The notes under the pieces: generated by a model
Database searches by the model: none
Seen by the model: the letters and a program-made list of their open reading frames with translations, nothing else
Told to the model about the DNA's origin: nothing
DNA from: Lingula anatina
Lineage: Eukaryota; Animalia; Brachiopoda
Direction of reading: 5' to 3'
NCBI GenBank assembly: GCA_051362555.1
Contig: CM120641.1
Coordinates: forward strand, 5,332,001-5,396,000
DNA length: 64,000 bases
Position numbers and translations under genes: made by a program
Shown: in pieces, positions 39,101-52,447 of the stretch
Layout: every line of letters starts with the position of its first letter
Position numbering within the stretch: position 1 is the stretch's first letter

Positions 39101-42100
39101 CGAATGTTTGTCTTCTTATAACTATACTGAGCACTCTGATGAAAGTGAATCTGTATGGTATTGTCAACCATGTTGAGAAAAATTTTAACTTTTCACTTCC
39201 TACACAAACTTTTGAGAGATGAAAGATGATGTAGGATATGAAAAGTAGACAAATTTCTCAACATGACATACTGAACACTTCTTTCCTGTTTGTATTTAGC
39301 CCGCAATGCAGTTGTGGTGGTGGCTGCGGCTGGCATAGCTGCAGCTCTCCTAGCTAAAGACATAGATGTCCTAAGTCTGACTGGAAATATCCAGGAGGGC
39401 CTTCCCCCATTTAAATTGCCCAATTTTACCCTGCAAATTAGTCCCAATGAAACTATAGGAACTGGTCAGTTATTTCAGGTAAGGGTGTTGCTTGGTTATG
39501 ATCTGTAAATGATGGTAAAAGATCAAATTCAATTTAATTAATTGTACCAAGGAGAATAACATGTTTGTATGTTGAAAGATTGTGGCCTTATGTCCCACAC
39601 GGGACGATGAGCACTGATGATGATGTTGAAAGATTAATTGATTTATAGCTGGTTAACCGTGTTACTGTGACGTTATCCAATATGATATTTTTCTTATTTC
39701 ATTTTTATTGTTGAATAATTTTAGACATATGGTGCTAAAGAAATGGTATGTTCAAAGCTATTTCAGTGTTATTTTTAATATCTTTTTCTTTAGAATATTG
39801 GAGCAGGATTTGCAATTATTCCTCTGATTGGGCTATTGGAGACCATAGCAATAGGAAAAGCCTTTGGTAATGGCAGCTTTCAGACTTTCTCTACTTTTTA
39901 TGAGCACACTCTTTTATTGATTCCATCAAATCAGCCTGGCTTGTAGATAAGTATGCAACTCTGCTGTTGTTTGCTGTAGATAAAACATTATTACATTTTA
40001 GTCATAAACTCAGTTTGCATTCATTGGATTTCCGCTGATAAATATCTCCTTTGTAAATTTATTGAGGTTCATATATTTGATAACTTGAATTAAAAAAATT
40101 GAGTTTTGGTTTATGTTGGTATATATAGATTTAAGCTGAAATTACTCTGATGATAACTGCAGTGATGAAATTAACACCAAGATAAGGACTTTGTTTCTAT
40201 TTTGTAGCAAGAAAAAATGACTACTCTATTGAGCCAAATCAAGAATTGATTGCCATGGGTGCCGCCAACTTTTTGAGCTCTTTTGTTAGCTCCTATCCAA
40301 TAACTGGGAGTTTTTCAAGGTATTGTTTGGGCCATTTAGCTTATTGGCAGGTGGATAATATTTATTTTGGTGCCATAATATTTATTTTGGTGTTGGTAAT
40401 TAAAATCAATAAAATCTATTTCAGTTTGTCACTGAATTATTAAAAATTTTGTCTACTTGGTCCAAACAAACAATCAATAATAATAATAATGTAGCTCAAT
40501 AAATGAAATTGTTTATTATGCTGCATTTGTTTTAAGTACAGCCATATAAAAGGCAAACACTTTTATTTGCAAACAAAAATTTCCCCTTTGTGCACTGTAC
40601 CACCAGGTGCTTGGCAGGTTTTTTCCAACAAGTGTTAGGGCAGCTATATATATGTTACATTTATTTGTAGATTCTTAATTTTCTTGTTGAGTGGATTTGT
40701 TCCTGGCAAACTATTGGTCTTGGATAAAATCCTGTAATTGCATTAAGAACACTTTTCTGAATTAAAAAAAAAATACATCAAAAAGTACCAAGCATAGATA
40801 ATATATGGCAAAGCAGGGTCCTAGTTAAAGCAACAATTTGAGCAGTGAAAAGTTTAAAGCAGCCTTTTATAAGTAGTTGTTCTGCATAGATTAAGGTTAT
40901 CTGTCCTTGCTCCCTCATAGATATCAGTGTCATGATAAATGATGTTGACTATTATTTATGGGTCAGAGTTATTACCAGTGTTCCAAATCATTTACCAAAC
41001 AGTGTACATATAAAGCAAGCTTAGATTTCCAGTACCGCTTATAAATCACTTCTACTAGTTTCATATATGAGTAAAAAAAAGTCGACATGACATTCTGCCC
41101 AAAAATAACTTTAAAACTGCACCTTCCAATTTTTGGTCGTAAATTGACCTATTTAATTTCTGACCCTCCAGTTCATAGAGGTCAGTTATAGACCTAGTAC
41201 TGAACACGAATTGCATAATCATCACTTACTCCCATCGCCATGTATGGATGTATAGCTGCATGCCCAATTGCGTACTTATTCAAACAAGACTTCTGACGAT
41301 ATTGATAGCACAGAAAGAAAGCAAAAAAAAAAAATTGTTCACATATCATTTTTTGGGAAATATGTAACAACCTCCTTTGGTACTTCTCTAAGTTTTACTG
41401 TTTGAAACTATATGGTGGCATTTAGTCGCAAAAATGTGGCAAAAATGTGACTTTCAATGCATCATTAAGATTTTCAATTAAAGTAAAGAGCAAGTTTTGC
41501 TGATTAAAATAGTGTTTCAAAACAGGTTAAGATTATCTTTTACATCAATTTTTTTTCATTTATGAAAGCTGTATCTAAAAAATTGCAGATCTTAAAAGTA
41601 TAGAGCATTCTGCTGCTTTATTTAATTGAGTATGGGTTTGAAACAATTGCTTGAAACGTGTTTTATGTTGCTTTGTAGAACTGCCGTGAACTCTGCTAGT
41701 GGGGTACGAACACCTGCTGGTGGTATCTTTACAGGTAAGTTCACTGAACTTTTGGGTATACTTCTACTTCACCCTGCTGATTTAAACTGTGTAATACCTG
41801 CCTGTGGGAATTAAATTTTTTTTTTAGCTCTAAGCACTTGAAAAATATATTGGTATTAACATTGAATCTTGTTTTATTTGTACATAGTTGATGAATACTT
41901 CTCTTTTTATGATAAGGAGTCAATTTTATCTTGGATAAGAAGTTCTTAAATGATATTTGATTGTAAGGCTGTGCCACTTTTCTTGAAAATTGTATTTGAC
42001 AGAATGTTTTTATTATACTGTAAAAGAGAAATAAATGTTAGTGAAGTGATCATAAAGGTGAGTAATCTTCAATTTATGAGTTGACATAGGAATATTGGAT

Positions 42101-44776
42101 TTATGAAATACAATGTTAAGTATACAATACATTTGTTCTTGTTTTGCTGTACAGAATGAGCTTGCTTCCCTTCACTATTATTCCCCAGTATTTTGATGCA
42201 ATTATATTCTAACTGATAAAATTATATGCATATTTTAGGTCTTTTGGTGGTGCTTGCCCTCGCCCTCCTTACCCCGTTGTTTTACTACATTCCTGATGCT
42301 GCCCTTGCTGCAGTCATCATCACTGCTGTCTTAGACATGTTTGATTGGAAGATCTACTTGACTTTATGGAGAGTTAAAAGTGAGTCTTGGTGTTCTTGTC
42401 GTGTATGGAATTCACTTTAAATTGTGGTTGAATATGTTTCAAAATGAAAAATATAGAAAGTTCTTCAAAGTCACAGTGGTTAATTTAAAAAAATTATTTT
42501 TTTTCATTAGTAGAAAATATTTTGAGCAGTAACAGTGTTCTTTATATATTCCAGAGCTAGACATCATTCCCCTGTTTTCCACTTTTATCATGTCCTTTAT
42601 CCTGGGAATAGAGGTAGGTGAAATGCAGTTTATCATGAGACTTAAGGTTATGCATACTAAATGGTTTTACTTTTCTCTCTTTACAACTTTGTGTCATGCA
42701 TTCCTTAATGAGTCACTCAAACAAAAGCATTCTGTTGTATGTAAAACAGGTTGTTTTATATGCAGAACACATGGCATGTGATGAGTGAAAGAAAAGCACA
42801 ATTGATGAATCAGAAGAAAGCTGGTCTTGTTCTCTTTGTGGAGCACAGTTTGTGATGTACTTTACAAAATACTTGTGTTGAATAGTAAATCGTTGCAGGT
42901 ATAACAGTGTTTTGGTTTCATGAATGGTAAAATGCAGATTTTTTTGATTGGCTGTACAAGAATCACTTTCTTTTTAAAGAAGGGGTTAATAAAGCCATGC
43001 TTGATTAGCAGACCTTATCATAAAGAATACCATCACTTTTCACTTGGAAAAAACATCAAACTTTTATGTTGTAGTATGGTATCCTAATTGGCATTGGTCT
43101 GTCCTTGATGATTGTCCTGTACCCCATGGCAAGGCCACACGTCAAGGTGGGTAAATCTGTAGCCCTTTGTTGAAATCATGCCGTCTTTTTTATCAATACA
43201 TTGCTTGATAATGTGTCTTTTTTAGTATTCAAAGTCTCCATTGTGATGAGACATGCAAAAAATGATCATTAATTTAGCCATGCTGCTCTTTTTGGTGTTT
43301 ATTTCTTCTCATTGTTATTGAACATTTAACTTTTATCTCTCATCATTCTAATGTAGCATTTATGATTTATGTTGAATTCACTTTTTTAGTTTCTTTTAAG
43401 AATTTAATCTTCAGTGTGTTTTATGCATTTGAACCCTAGATGGGTAGTAAAGACATCATGTTGGTGCAGCCAGACCAAGGCTTGAAGTTCCCTGGTGTAG
43501 AATATGTAAGAGATAAGATATATACCAGAGCACTTATAGGTAAGACAAAAGGAGTGCTTATAATACCTGTCTCTTGACTAGAACATGAATGAAATAGTTG
43601 AAAAAAAAGAACAACTAATGCTAGTTATAGGGGCTTGATTTAAAAGGGAAGGGAAAGGAATAAAAACCCACATTTTCAGATATGTAGAGTAAAAGTCATC
43701 TTTATCATTGTATTGGTATAATAATTGATAAAAAAATGAATTTCAGGTGAAACCCCAAGAAGTGTTGTATTTGATTTCGCTCATGTATCTGGAGTAGATT
43801 ATACAACAGTGCAGGTAAGATTGTGAATGAACATTATCAAAGGTAGAACAGATTCTTGTATTGGACTATGTAGAAAAAAAATTTACCTTGGCAGTGTGAT
43901 ATCAGTTAAGTTAAATGGACTTTTTAAGAATAACTATTTGCAAAACCAGTATCTTAAAAACAGATCTTCATTAACATTTTTCTCAAAAATGCACAAAAGC
44001 ATTGATGATCTTATTTGATTTTTATTTCAGTTGGTGGAAAGATTATATGAAGACTGTAAAAAGCACAAGGTGCAGATAGCATTTGCAGGCATGAGGGTGA
44101 GTAAATTAACTCTACATCATTTTAGGCATAATCACTGAATAAGAGGATAGTATGAGGTATGCAATACTACTTATTTTTTATTTGAAAATTTGCAAATATT
44201 CTGAGCAAAAGGTTTATTACTAAGATAACTGAAGTATGGCTAGTTTGCATTGCACATAGAAATATATTTTTTCTGCTGTGGACATGTTCAGCAGTCTGTT
44301 CCAGAATGATGAATTTTCATTTTTTTTTCTTTTTTGGATATTATAACTGAAACTAAATCAAGTTGTTTATGTCTACCTCAAGTGTATTATGCATTTTAAA
44401 TGATTTGAAAACGTGGTCAAAGTCTTTCATTGCTGCAATTTTTGTCACATAGCTCATTCTCATGTTTTAAAATGCTCACTATCATACTAAGTAGATATGT
44501 TATTTTCTATTCCAGCCGGAGATACTTGAAATTGTAGAAAGTGCAAAAATCCCTGAATTTGCACATTTCCACACCATAGAGGAGGCTGAGCAGGCTCTGA
44601 GTGGTCAGTATGAAATGAGTGACAAATCTAATGGTGATCAACATGTAGGCATGCCATTGTTACAAGAAATGGAGAACAATCCCACTGTCATTGTTGTGGA
44701 TGATGATAACTTAGCAAAAGACAAAGCTGCATTGAATGATGACTATGCAGTTCAGGCTGTTAACGAGGCTAGTTAG
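30112..44776 (+). CDS. SLC26A11: SLC26A11-like sulfate/anion transporter, paralog 2 (634 aa, 18 coding exons)
   Basis: Exons 30112-30203, 35352-35454, 35778-35985, 37123-37208, 37889-37968, 38142-38196, 38443-38536, 39300-39478, 39794-39866, 40208-40319, 41679-41734, 42239-42379, 42555-42613, 43075-43146, 43440-43539, 43747-43814, 44031-44096, 44516-44776; GT-AG, 1905 nt in frame. Motifs RRFPIITWLPKY, YGLYSAFMG, GTSKDITMGPTAIMS, YPITGSFSRTAVN, VVFDFAHVSGVDYT. Confidence 0.94.
31150..31167 (+). other. tRNA primer-binding site (resembles the tRNA-His 3' end complement)
   Basis: TGG-initiated, 2 nt after the ..TGTTACA LTR end; similar to TGGTGCCGTGACTCGGAT. Confidence 0.7.
32718..33857 (+). CDS. 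Gypsy-type Gag (PNMA-like capsid plus CCHC zinc knuckle), 379 aa, intact
   Basis: PKLTIFSG..YEAWCFEV, SLRGEA, Q..GESVAEWGCRLE major-homology-region-like motif, RG-rich tract, CFRCGQPGHVAVGC. Confidence 0.92.
   Translation: MATGGTRMSDKEKDKLVAAFEALDANPDSDHLEQWMEEYVRGHEREERGERSTYSQSREYMPPPYYTAPKLTIFSGDFNKDATYEAWCFEVNSLRSGRVFPEHVVSTAVKKSLRGEAAKIVQRLGINCTLDEILAKFKGIYGAVEDRENLLSKFYSANQKEGESVAEWGCRLEDILYRALDDHIMSTDSRNDMLRIKFWSGLHKPLKEALRHKLDAELTFDQLRVESRKIESELGLLPSENKNIKSVHVKQTTAETKSNDCELRGMINQINSRFDRIEKRFNALENNAAMSSGQESVHVSDRIPRTRGIGRGQGRGYRRGRGRTYSSFSGQRSFSVTNRNSQINNASKEIICFRCGQPGHVAVGCRADISAHLNSKESV
33833..34050 (+). pseudogene. Truncated pol: -1 frame retropepsin protease N-terminal half
   Basis: Frame open from the TTTAAAC slippery site through ALLDTGANVSTI; protease-like sequence ends near PLKQLD where LTR-like sequence begins; no RT, RNase H or integrase. 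Confidence 0.85.
37318..37574. mobile_element. Young, almost perfectly palindromic PIF/Harbinger MITE
   Basis: GGCTTCGTTCACATGCAATG..CATTGCATGTGAACAAAGCC, arms ~120 bp, TTA TSD (37315-37317, 37575-37577), CpGs retained. Confidence 0.9.
38778..39086. mobile_element. Non-autonomous CACTA/EnSpm-like element
   Basis: CACTAGTG at both ends, ~65-bp imperfect TIRs, 3-bp TSD ATT (38775-38777, 39087-39089). Confidence 0.75.
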
Positions 44777-47700
44777 GTGGTAGGAATGGTGGGGTCTGGT
44801 GGTCTCTCTAATGTTTAGAACAACGCACAGAATTTGCAATACTTAAGAACTAGAATGTTACTTAGCAGTTGATTTATATTTACATACTTAGTTTTAACAT
44901 TGGGGGTTTTGTGTGGGATGAAAATCTGGGAAATGGACTGATTTGATCAAATTAAAAGATTATCTGTTTGTCCATTTCATTTCTCTATGGAATACATTGT
45001 TGTTTATAAACATGGGCTTCATAAGGGAGTACTTATAATCAAATACCCATGTGACAAAATTTATCTGTATAAAATATTTAATGGCCTCTACATATGAACA
45101 AATTTAGTGATACCTGTTTGAAAAGCACAAAGTTTTATGTGTAGTTGTGTATTGCAACAGTTACCTGTGCCATATACAGTAGAACTCACAAGTTAGAGAA
45201 GTGGTTTTTAACCACAGAGTTTTCAATATTAGTTATACAGTTTCACACTGATTAATTGATATTGTGGATATGCATATGATGGTATATCAAAGACATAATG
45301 TTAGCTAATTGCCAATATCTGCTAAATGATTTTACAGCACTGCTAGGTATTGATGGAAAATATTTAAGGGCTTCCCAACTTTGTGGTTAGTTATATAAAG
45401 GGGTATAAAATTATTTTATAGTGGCACATTTTAAAGTTGTTTATATATTTATCTTTATGTATATATATATACACATATAATTATATATTTAACATGTTAT
45501 TGGTATAGTTTGGAGTTTTTATGCTCATTGTCTTTACCAGTGGGGATATTTAATTTAAGAACAGTACAGCTGTCACTTTTATTTAAAGTTAATTTAATGG
45601 AAACAAGCATTGTGTATGCTTACATCAGGTGCCACATATTAATTATGTATAGATATTATTTTCACAGTAGTGCCTTTTCCCTATATGCCTTGTATAATCT
45701 ATATTTATTTCATTTCTACTTTCAGAAGAAAAAAAGCCTCTGTTGGCTCGAGCACATAGTTCTAATGTTACAGATGGTATTATATAGTTTCAGCTTTTTT
45801 TTCTTGTAATTCCAGTGTGTTTCTTTATTGTCTTGCAGCCAGTCTTTTTTTATAAATTGTTAAAAGTTATCTGGATATAATTTATAGCAATAACACTGTC
45901 AACCATGAATCAAAATCATTGGCTGTAGAGATATTGAGAAACATTCTGTTGAGATTAGCTTTACAAATCTGCATTATAAGCATGCACTGCCTGAAAGTTG
46001 GCTAATGGCCATACCATACTAATGTATAGCAAGAATCTTCACCTCCACGATGCCAATTCGCATGTGCATAAGCAAAGTCAAGATGCCACATGAATTGAGT
46101 GCCTATAACCATTGCAAGCTCCTGGTTCACATCTGTGTTAAATTTTCCCTCATTTGCATTAAAAAATTTTATGTTTATGAAATATTCCATGATTAAAGCA
46201 TAAGATTGGAAATCTGGCATTGAATTATACTTGCACCACTTAAAATGGCCACTATTTTGTGCATTGCTTTAATCAAACCAAATTTTGTCTAATTCTCTCA
46301 AAAAGAATCTCAGAATGATAGCTTTCATGGTTGAGCTCCTATGACTTTCCTTGCAGGTGCAACCTAATTATATATATACATCTGTATAAAACAGATATGT
46401 GATAAGTTATGGGTGACTATTAGTAATTCAGAAATTAGTTTTTTGTTCAGAAACCCTTGTGATTATGTCATTGAGATTTATGTCTCATATAGAAAGCAGT
46501 GATAAAAACTTATATCAAAATTTAGCAAAAATTGATATTTTTTGTTTAAAATACCCTGTTTTGAGATCACTTTATATAATATTTGCATGTTGCTCACTAT
46601 ATATAAACAGGAGCAGGTAATGTTCTGACCTATTAACTGCTAGTCTTGTTTAGTAATAGTTTCCTAGATGATGTTGCTTTTGACAGATTTTTGTTTTTCT
46701 CATACATAGTTCTGGTTTACCCTTCTGTGCACTAAAACAGATTTTTTTGTTTTTGTTTTCCTGTGAGTGGTCCTTTCAACATGTTTCTTTATTATATATA
46801 ATATGCATGACAGAGCATGATTCTTTGTTCTGTTGTAATACTCTAAAATAATGTGATTTTATGTTATTCCCAAGTTTTTCAAAGGAAAAGAATAGTATTG
46901 AATAGTTGGTAGATGCTTAACTTTTCAGAAAAAGGAGATTCTATAAAATGTGATACAGGGTATTATCTTTTTTTGTTGAAAATTATGCCAAATAAGCAGA
47001 CTTCATTGTTTCTGTATATTCATAAACATTCTATAACCTGTTTTCTGAGAACACAGCTGTTGTTATGAGGTTGAAATCTTAAATTTCAGAAAGGAGTGCA
47101 ACACCGTCTAGATATATGTCAAGTAAGTTGCAATATTTTTGATGAACTTTAGAATGATTTATGTGCTATTTTAACACTTCTAATGCCTAGAATTCTCACA
47201 TTTGCAACTGTCTATTTAATTCATGTTGTTTCACTTCAGTAGAAATGATATTGATTGGTTATGAACCTCAGGTTGTGAACTGCCACAGTTATGTACAAGT
47301 TGTTATCATATGATGTTTATCATATATTTTGTTTAAAGAATGTAGAATCCTGTCAGATACAAAGTAGGCATTGTGTGAATAGAAATGTATACCTTCATAG
47401 TGATTAGTCAAGGTGCATTTAATATTATCTAAAATTGAATCCATATTTAAAGCAACTTTAAAGCAACTTTAGTTTAGATTACATGCCAATCATTATTAGT
47501 CCAATAAGTTTTGCACCCTCTACAGTGCACTTAATGATACCTGAGTGATTAATTGCTGGACTTTTTTGTGATGTAAATTTTTCTGAACAACATTGTATGA
47601 AAGTTATGTTTAAAAAGAAGAGGTTCCTGGATTTCTATATAATATGCTCTACTCTATAATATGCTCTATATTGTTTGCTTTAAGATCTGAAAACTACTCA

Positions 47701-48761
47701 TATTACTATTTCTGTTCTGAAATTGCTGTTAATGCTTCACAGTGGTGTATTTTTATGAATGCTAAATCAAATTGATAAAATTGTAGTATTTATTGCAATT
47801 TTAAAGAATTCAAACCTTAATTATCTCCCTCTTTGTGAAAATTAAACTAAGATTTTATTTTATTATGCATTATGTATAACATTGGTTTTGTTTATAGTGG
47901 TTTGAAAAATAGCTTTACATATCTAATCTTGTTATGATAGCTGATGCTTTAATTTTTGACATTGTGAAAGAAAAAATTACTTAGCATCTAGAATCCAAAG
48001 TATTATGCTAATGTATGTTTTACATTTCTTGGGGTCATCTGTGAATTACTGAAGTCAGCTTACTAAAGCGTCACCATAGTATTATGCAAACTTGCAGGGG
48101 TATGACTCAAACGTTACAGATTGAACTCTTAATAAGACCCATATTTACTGGATGCCTGTCGAGGAACACTTGAACCAAGAACCAGAATTATATAGATTTA
48201 CACAGATAACAGTGGATATTCCTATCAAGACTGGATATTTTCAAGTGGATATCAGCATTTATTATTTTACAAACTTTTTAGAGGGAATGAAGATGTCCAA
48301 ATGTGTGGCACATTATTTGGTTGTGATTGTAGTGAGTGTGGATTTAGAGAAAAAGTATACCATTTTTATGGGGGTATTTAATTTTTTTTACTCTACAAGG
48401 TTAAATTGCTTTACTAATGCCAGATACCTGTGTATATGCAGAAGATTTTTTTAGAATAAATAACTGTATTCTGAAAATGTTTTGTTATTTTTAAATTTTT
48501 ATTTGTGTTGGAAATATAACACTTAACAAATTTGTATTGTCTTGTTTTTTAATATATTGTGTTTCTTTGGATCAGGTACTCTGTATGTTATGTTTCCTGT
48601 TTGCTTAAGTTTTTACTGTCTTTCTGGTTTGTTTGGATTTTATACTAGCTAACTTTCTTTTATTATATATATTTATATTCTGCTTAATATCTCTCTATTT
48701 ATTTATTTATTCTCTGTATTATAATTTGTACTACTCTGCTGTAAAATGCATTATGGTATTC

Positions 48762-48800
<39 letters not shown>

Positions 48801-50333
48801 ACTAGCATTTACTCTTTACATAACATCTACTTTTGTCTTGTGTGCGATTATAATTGTTAAACGCTTTGGTTCACATTTCATCTGTTTTCTCTACCTTGTT
48901 ATTAGTTATAATTTTCATTGTGCTGTCAATTATCTATTTTGTTAACAACCTGGTTAATATAATTTTATATATGTGTGTCTTGTGGTAGTTGATGCATTAT
49001 ATTTTCTTTATCAAATTAACTTTAAGCAGGGTTTTAAAAAAAAGTTTGTTTGCACTTACTAGCAATGTAATCCACTCTCACATATAACTGATAAATATTC
49101 AAATTAGAAGACCATCTTAAGGTCTTTTACATAAAGCTTGGAATGCTAAGAAAAAGGATGTGGGTAGCCCTGGAGACTTACACTCTTCAGAAAGTGAAAC
49201 ACGATTTTCAGATGTCCAAAGTAGACCAATTTACTTATTACCTACATATTTTTGAAAACTACTGTAATGTTACAATGTAGTAAAAAGGAGGGTCTGCATG
49301 CATGCTTATTATTATTTATTACTAAACATGTTTATGTTTTCACTTTTATATAATTTTTGAAAAATACATATTATAGGCTTAGATATATACTGTGCAGTTT
49401 TACCCTTGCTTTGATGAACTATTTTATGCATGGTAAGGTATGAGAATGTGTTTGAGTGTCAGCTAGCACACTTATTGACTGACAACTGGTGTTTGCTGTC
49501 TCCTCTAACACACTATCTATTGTGTGGTCGCCTCTAACACAAGTCTGCTATAACATCTATTTTAGTATTATCTAACACTCATTGGTAGATAGTTTTAACT
49601 GGTGCTGTTAAACTAGAGTGATGTGTTTATGTTAGTCATATGTACAGCAATGCATGGGTTTGTATACCATTGCCTTTTAAATTGGCAAAACTACGTACAT
49701 GCATGCATGGTACTGGTAGGTGTACACATGGCTCTAGCTTTTCACTTTACTATAAACCTGTAAATGCATGGTCAATATGTTGGTTTCTACTATTGATCCT
49801 ATTGTATTAATGTCTGTTTTTCTCCTTGCATGTTCTCTTTTTGTGGTATTGGCATCTAAAAATTTGTAACACTTTCTTCTTGATTTATTGCATTTATTTA
49901 TTCTGCTTGATTTAATGGCACAAGTCCATTTTATTAGGACAATGTTCATGTAAATTGATAAAATAGATAGTATTGTGACTAACAACAGATACACAGTTTG
50001 CTTTGGTGATATTTAAATGTTGGTATTGCACATTGCCATACTTGAGACACTAGGTCATTGTAGAAAAAATGTGAATCTCACCACTTGACTATTCAAAAAA
50101 AATTTTTTTTTTCACCTGATGGTTTCCTCATTTTGTTAGCTGTAAACTCGTCCCTATTACTTTCATTTCTGTGCTCTTTCTAAATGGAAAGTGTATGCTG
50201 CAAACTTGTATGATCAAATGCTATATACAGAAAGAAACCTAAAACTATTTTCAGTAGATATTCTTTGGATGGAGAATGTTCATCCTCTTATTGTAAAAAT
50301 TTGCTACAAATTTGTTTTATTTGAATTTTTCAG

Positions 50334-50434
50334 TAAATAGAGACGTTGGATCGGTTGGACCTCATGTGATTGAGATTCCTGAACAAATTAATGGCATTGA
50401 CAAGTCTGCTACCTCCATCTCCCCTCTTGTGTAG
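50334..50434 (+). CDS. Candidate alternative last exon of SLC26A11-like paralog 2 (VNRDVGSVGPHVIEIPEQINGIDKSATSISPLV*)
   Basis: Acceptor TTTTTCAG at 50333, phase-1 open frame matching an internal G|GTCAGT donor at 44603/44604, coding-like composition, AATAAA at 50711 and 50723. Confidence 0.5.
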
Positions 50435-52231
50435 GAAGAAGAAACATAAAAGAAACCGGGTCAAAACTGTGCTTTTTTTATGTTCAGCAGTATGCATACA
50501 CTGTAAGACAATTTTCAAATGACTGGTGCTTGGGCTATAGATGTTGATGCACACTTGGAGAACCACTGAGGGGATCCATAAAATCACTGATGAAAAAATA
50601 TTTTATCATTACTGAAAATAGATTATGGAGACAAGTTCTAAAAACTAGTGTACTCTGTGTACAAAGTGAGCACATGCACTCTCTGAGCTATGACAGTTGT
50701 AAGAGGGCCAAATAAAGGCTCCAATAAACATTTTATTATTATTATTATTATTTTAATGAAAGGCAGTGTACACCAGTTATCAAAGACTCTGATATCAAAA
50801 TATGCAATCGCTTCAGGACCATTTGCTAGTGTGCAGTTCTCCATGTGAGAGGCATGTGCTGTAATGTGTTTGACAGGCAAAAGTGTGGATTATATTGGTT
50901 TATAACTCACTGAAGTGGCAATCCTGGGGAACAACAGTTTCAGATTACATTTTCTGACACTTCAAGTTTGCATCTTTGCTGTGAACAGAATGACAGTTGG
51001 TCATTAATTATTGGCATTGCTCTTTCAGTCAAATAAAATGTCATAAATCTATTTAAAATGACCAGCAATTACAAAAACAGGTAGATTTCCAAACAAGTAT
51101 TTTAAAGCAGAATTACACTTTAGTTAACCACTATTCCATTGTATACTTATGTCATAATTTAAATAAATTATTTAGTAAGTTTTTAATATATATTTATTTA
51201 AATACTTCTGGATGATTGTGAAAGAAGTATTTATTCATTATTTCTCTTAAGCAAAAATAACTTATCATTATGATATTGATAATTGTAACATCAGTCTAGG
51301 GTCAATGGGGATAGGAAATCGATAAGTTTTTTTGAAAACAGTTAGGGTTCCAGATAAACATTTTAAAACAGTTTTAAGCCATTTTGATAGCTGCTGTCGA
51401 TGTAAACAAGGTTGTACATTAACATCTATAAGAATGCAGTCACATTAGCCAAGCTATGGAATGGAACATTCAGAATTGATAATTAACAGGAATATGAACT
51501 CACATTTTTTAAAAATAATTAAAAAGAAAAATTCTATTTTTTAATTTTCTGTAGAATGTTTTTATCATTTTTCGCATATCTTTTGAGTACGCTAATTACC
51601 CAGTCTTTTCAACAGGAAAAATTGTAAATTCTACAGATACTGTATTTTTTAAGTCATAATTTCTTAAAATCAGAATATTCCTATTGAGTGGTAGCAACAA
51701 AATTAAAAAGCAGGCTACTTTTCTATGCAGTAAAAGAGCCACAGATGCAATAAAATCATATAATTTTTGTGATTATAAAATAATGTATCTGAAAGTTTGA
51801 TAATTCGCCAATTGAAAAGATCCGAGTAATTGCCGTAATACAAGGTGATAATCCTTCTAGCAGGTAGGCAGTACAAACAATCACCTATTAAGAAACATTT
51901 TGCTTCTAGATATATATATATATGTATGTGCAAATACTTGCCACACTGGGAAAGTCCTAACATTGCTCTTAGTTTAAAGTAGGTTAGGTTTAGATGTAAG
52001 GGAACATAGATGACAGTAGGTGGGTTAAATTTTGGTTTAAGGACATTTTTATTAAACTTACAGGGAAATATTCTAAGATATTATTATAAGTGTTGCTAAA
52101 AAACAACTACTCAAACACATTTTATAACTGGTTTTGATTATTGTCAAATGATTTTTATTTACTCTGTTCTGCACAGTGAGGAAAGGGGGGAACTGTGTTA
52201 TTGCTGTTTCTACCCTCATGGTTTTATCTTA

Positions 52232-52447
52232 GACTGCATTCCCACAGATTTTTAGATTGATCCATCCTTGTGAGGAGTCTCACTAGATTGCTGTCAGCTT
52301 AGCCAGCTTAAATGTCTGTCCCGCCTACTAAAAGCTGTAAGGGGGTAATTAACTTTCCTGCGCGATTGGCTGACAGCAATTTAGCATAAACCCCCAGGGA
52401 GTTAGCTCAATCCAGATGGATCTATCTAAATCTGTGGGAACCCAGTC
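52232..52447. mobile_element. Harbinger-type MITE, inverted copy of 22157-22370
   Basis: GACTGCATTCCCACAGATTT..AAATCTGTGGGAACCCAGTC with TTA TSD. Confidence 0.88.

Noticed and set aside
41060-41600. Possible old TE in intron 10 of paralog 2 (short match ATGTATGGATGTA to ~392-404)
   Set aside because: No TIR or TSD identified; match too short.
43226-43246. Possible short terminal exon (YSKSPL*) removing the STAS domain of paralog 2
   Set aside because: Only an acceptor-like AG with six codons; expected by chance in AT-rich introns.
44640-44665. Dileucine lysosomal sorting motif (GMPLL) in the paralog 2 tail
   Set aside because: Lacks the acidic residue at -4 required for [DE]xxxL[LI].
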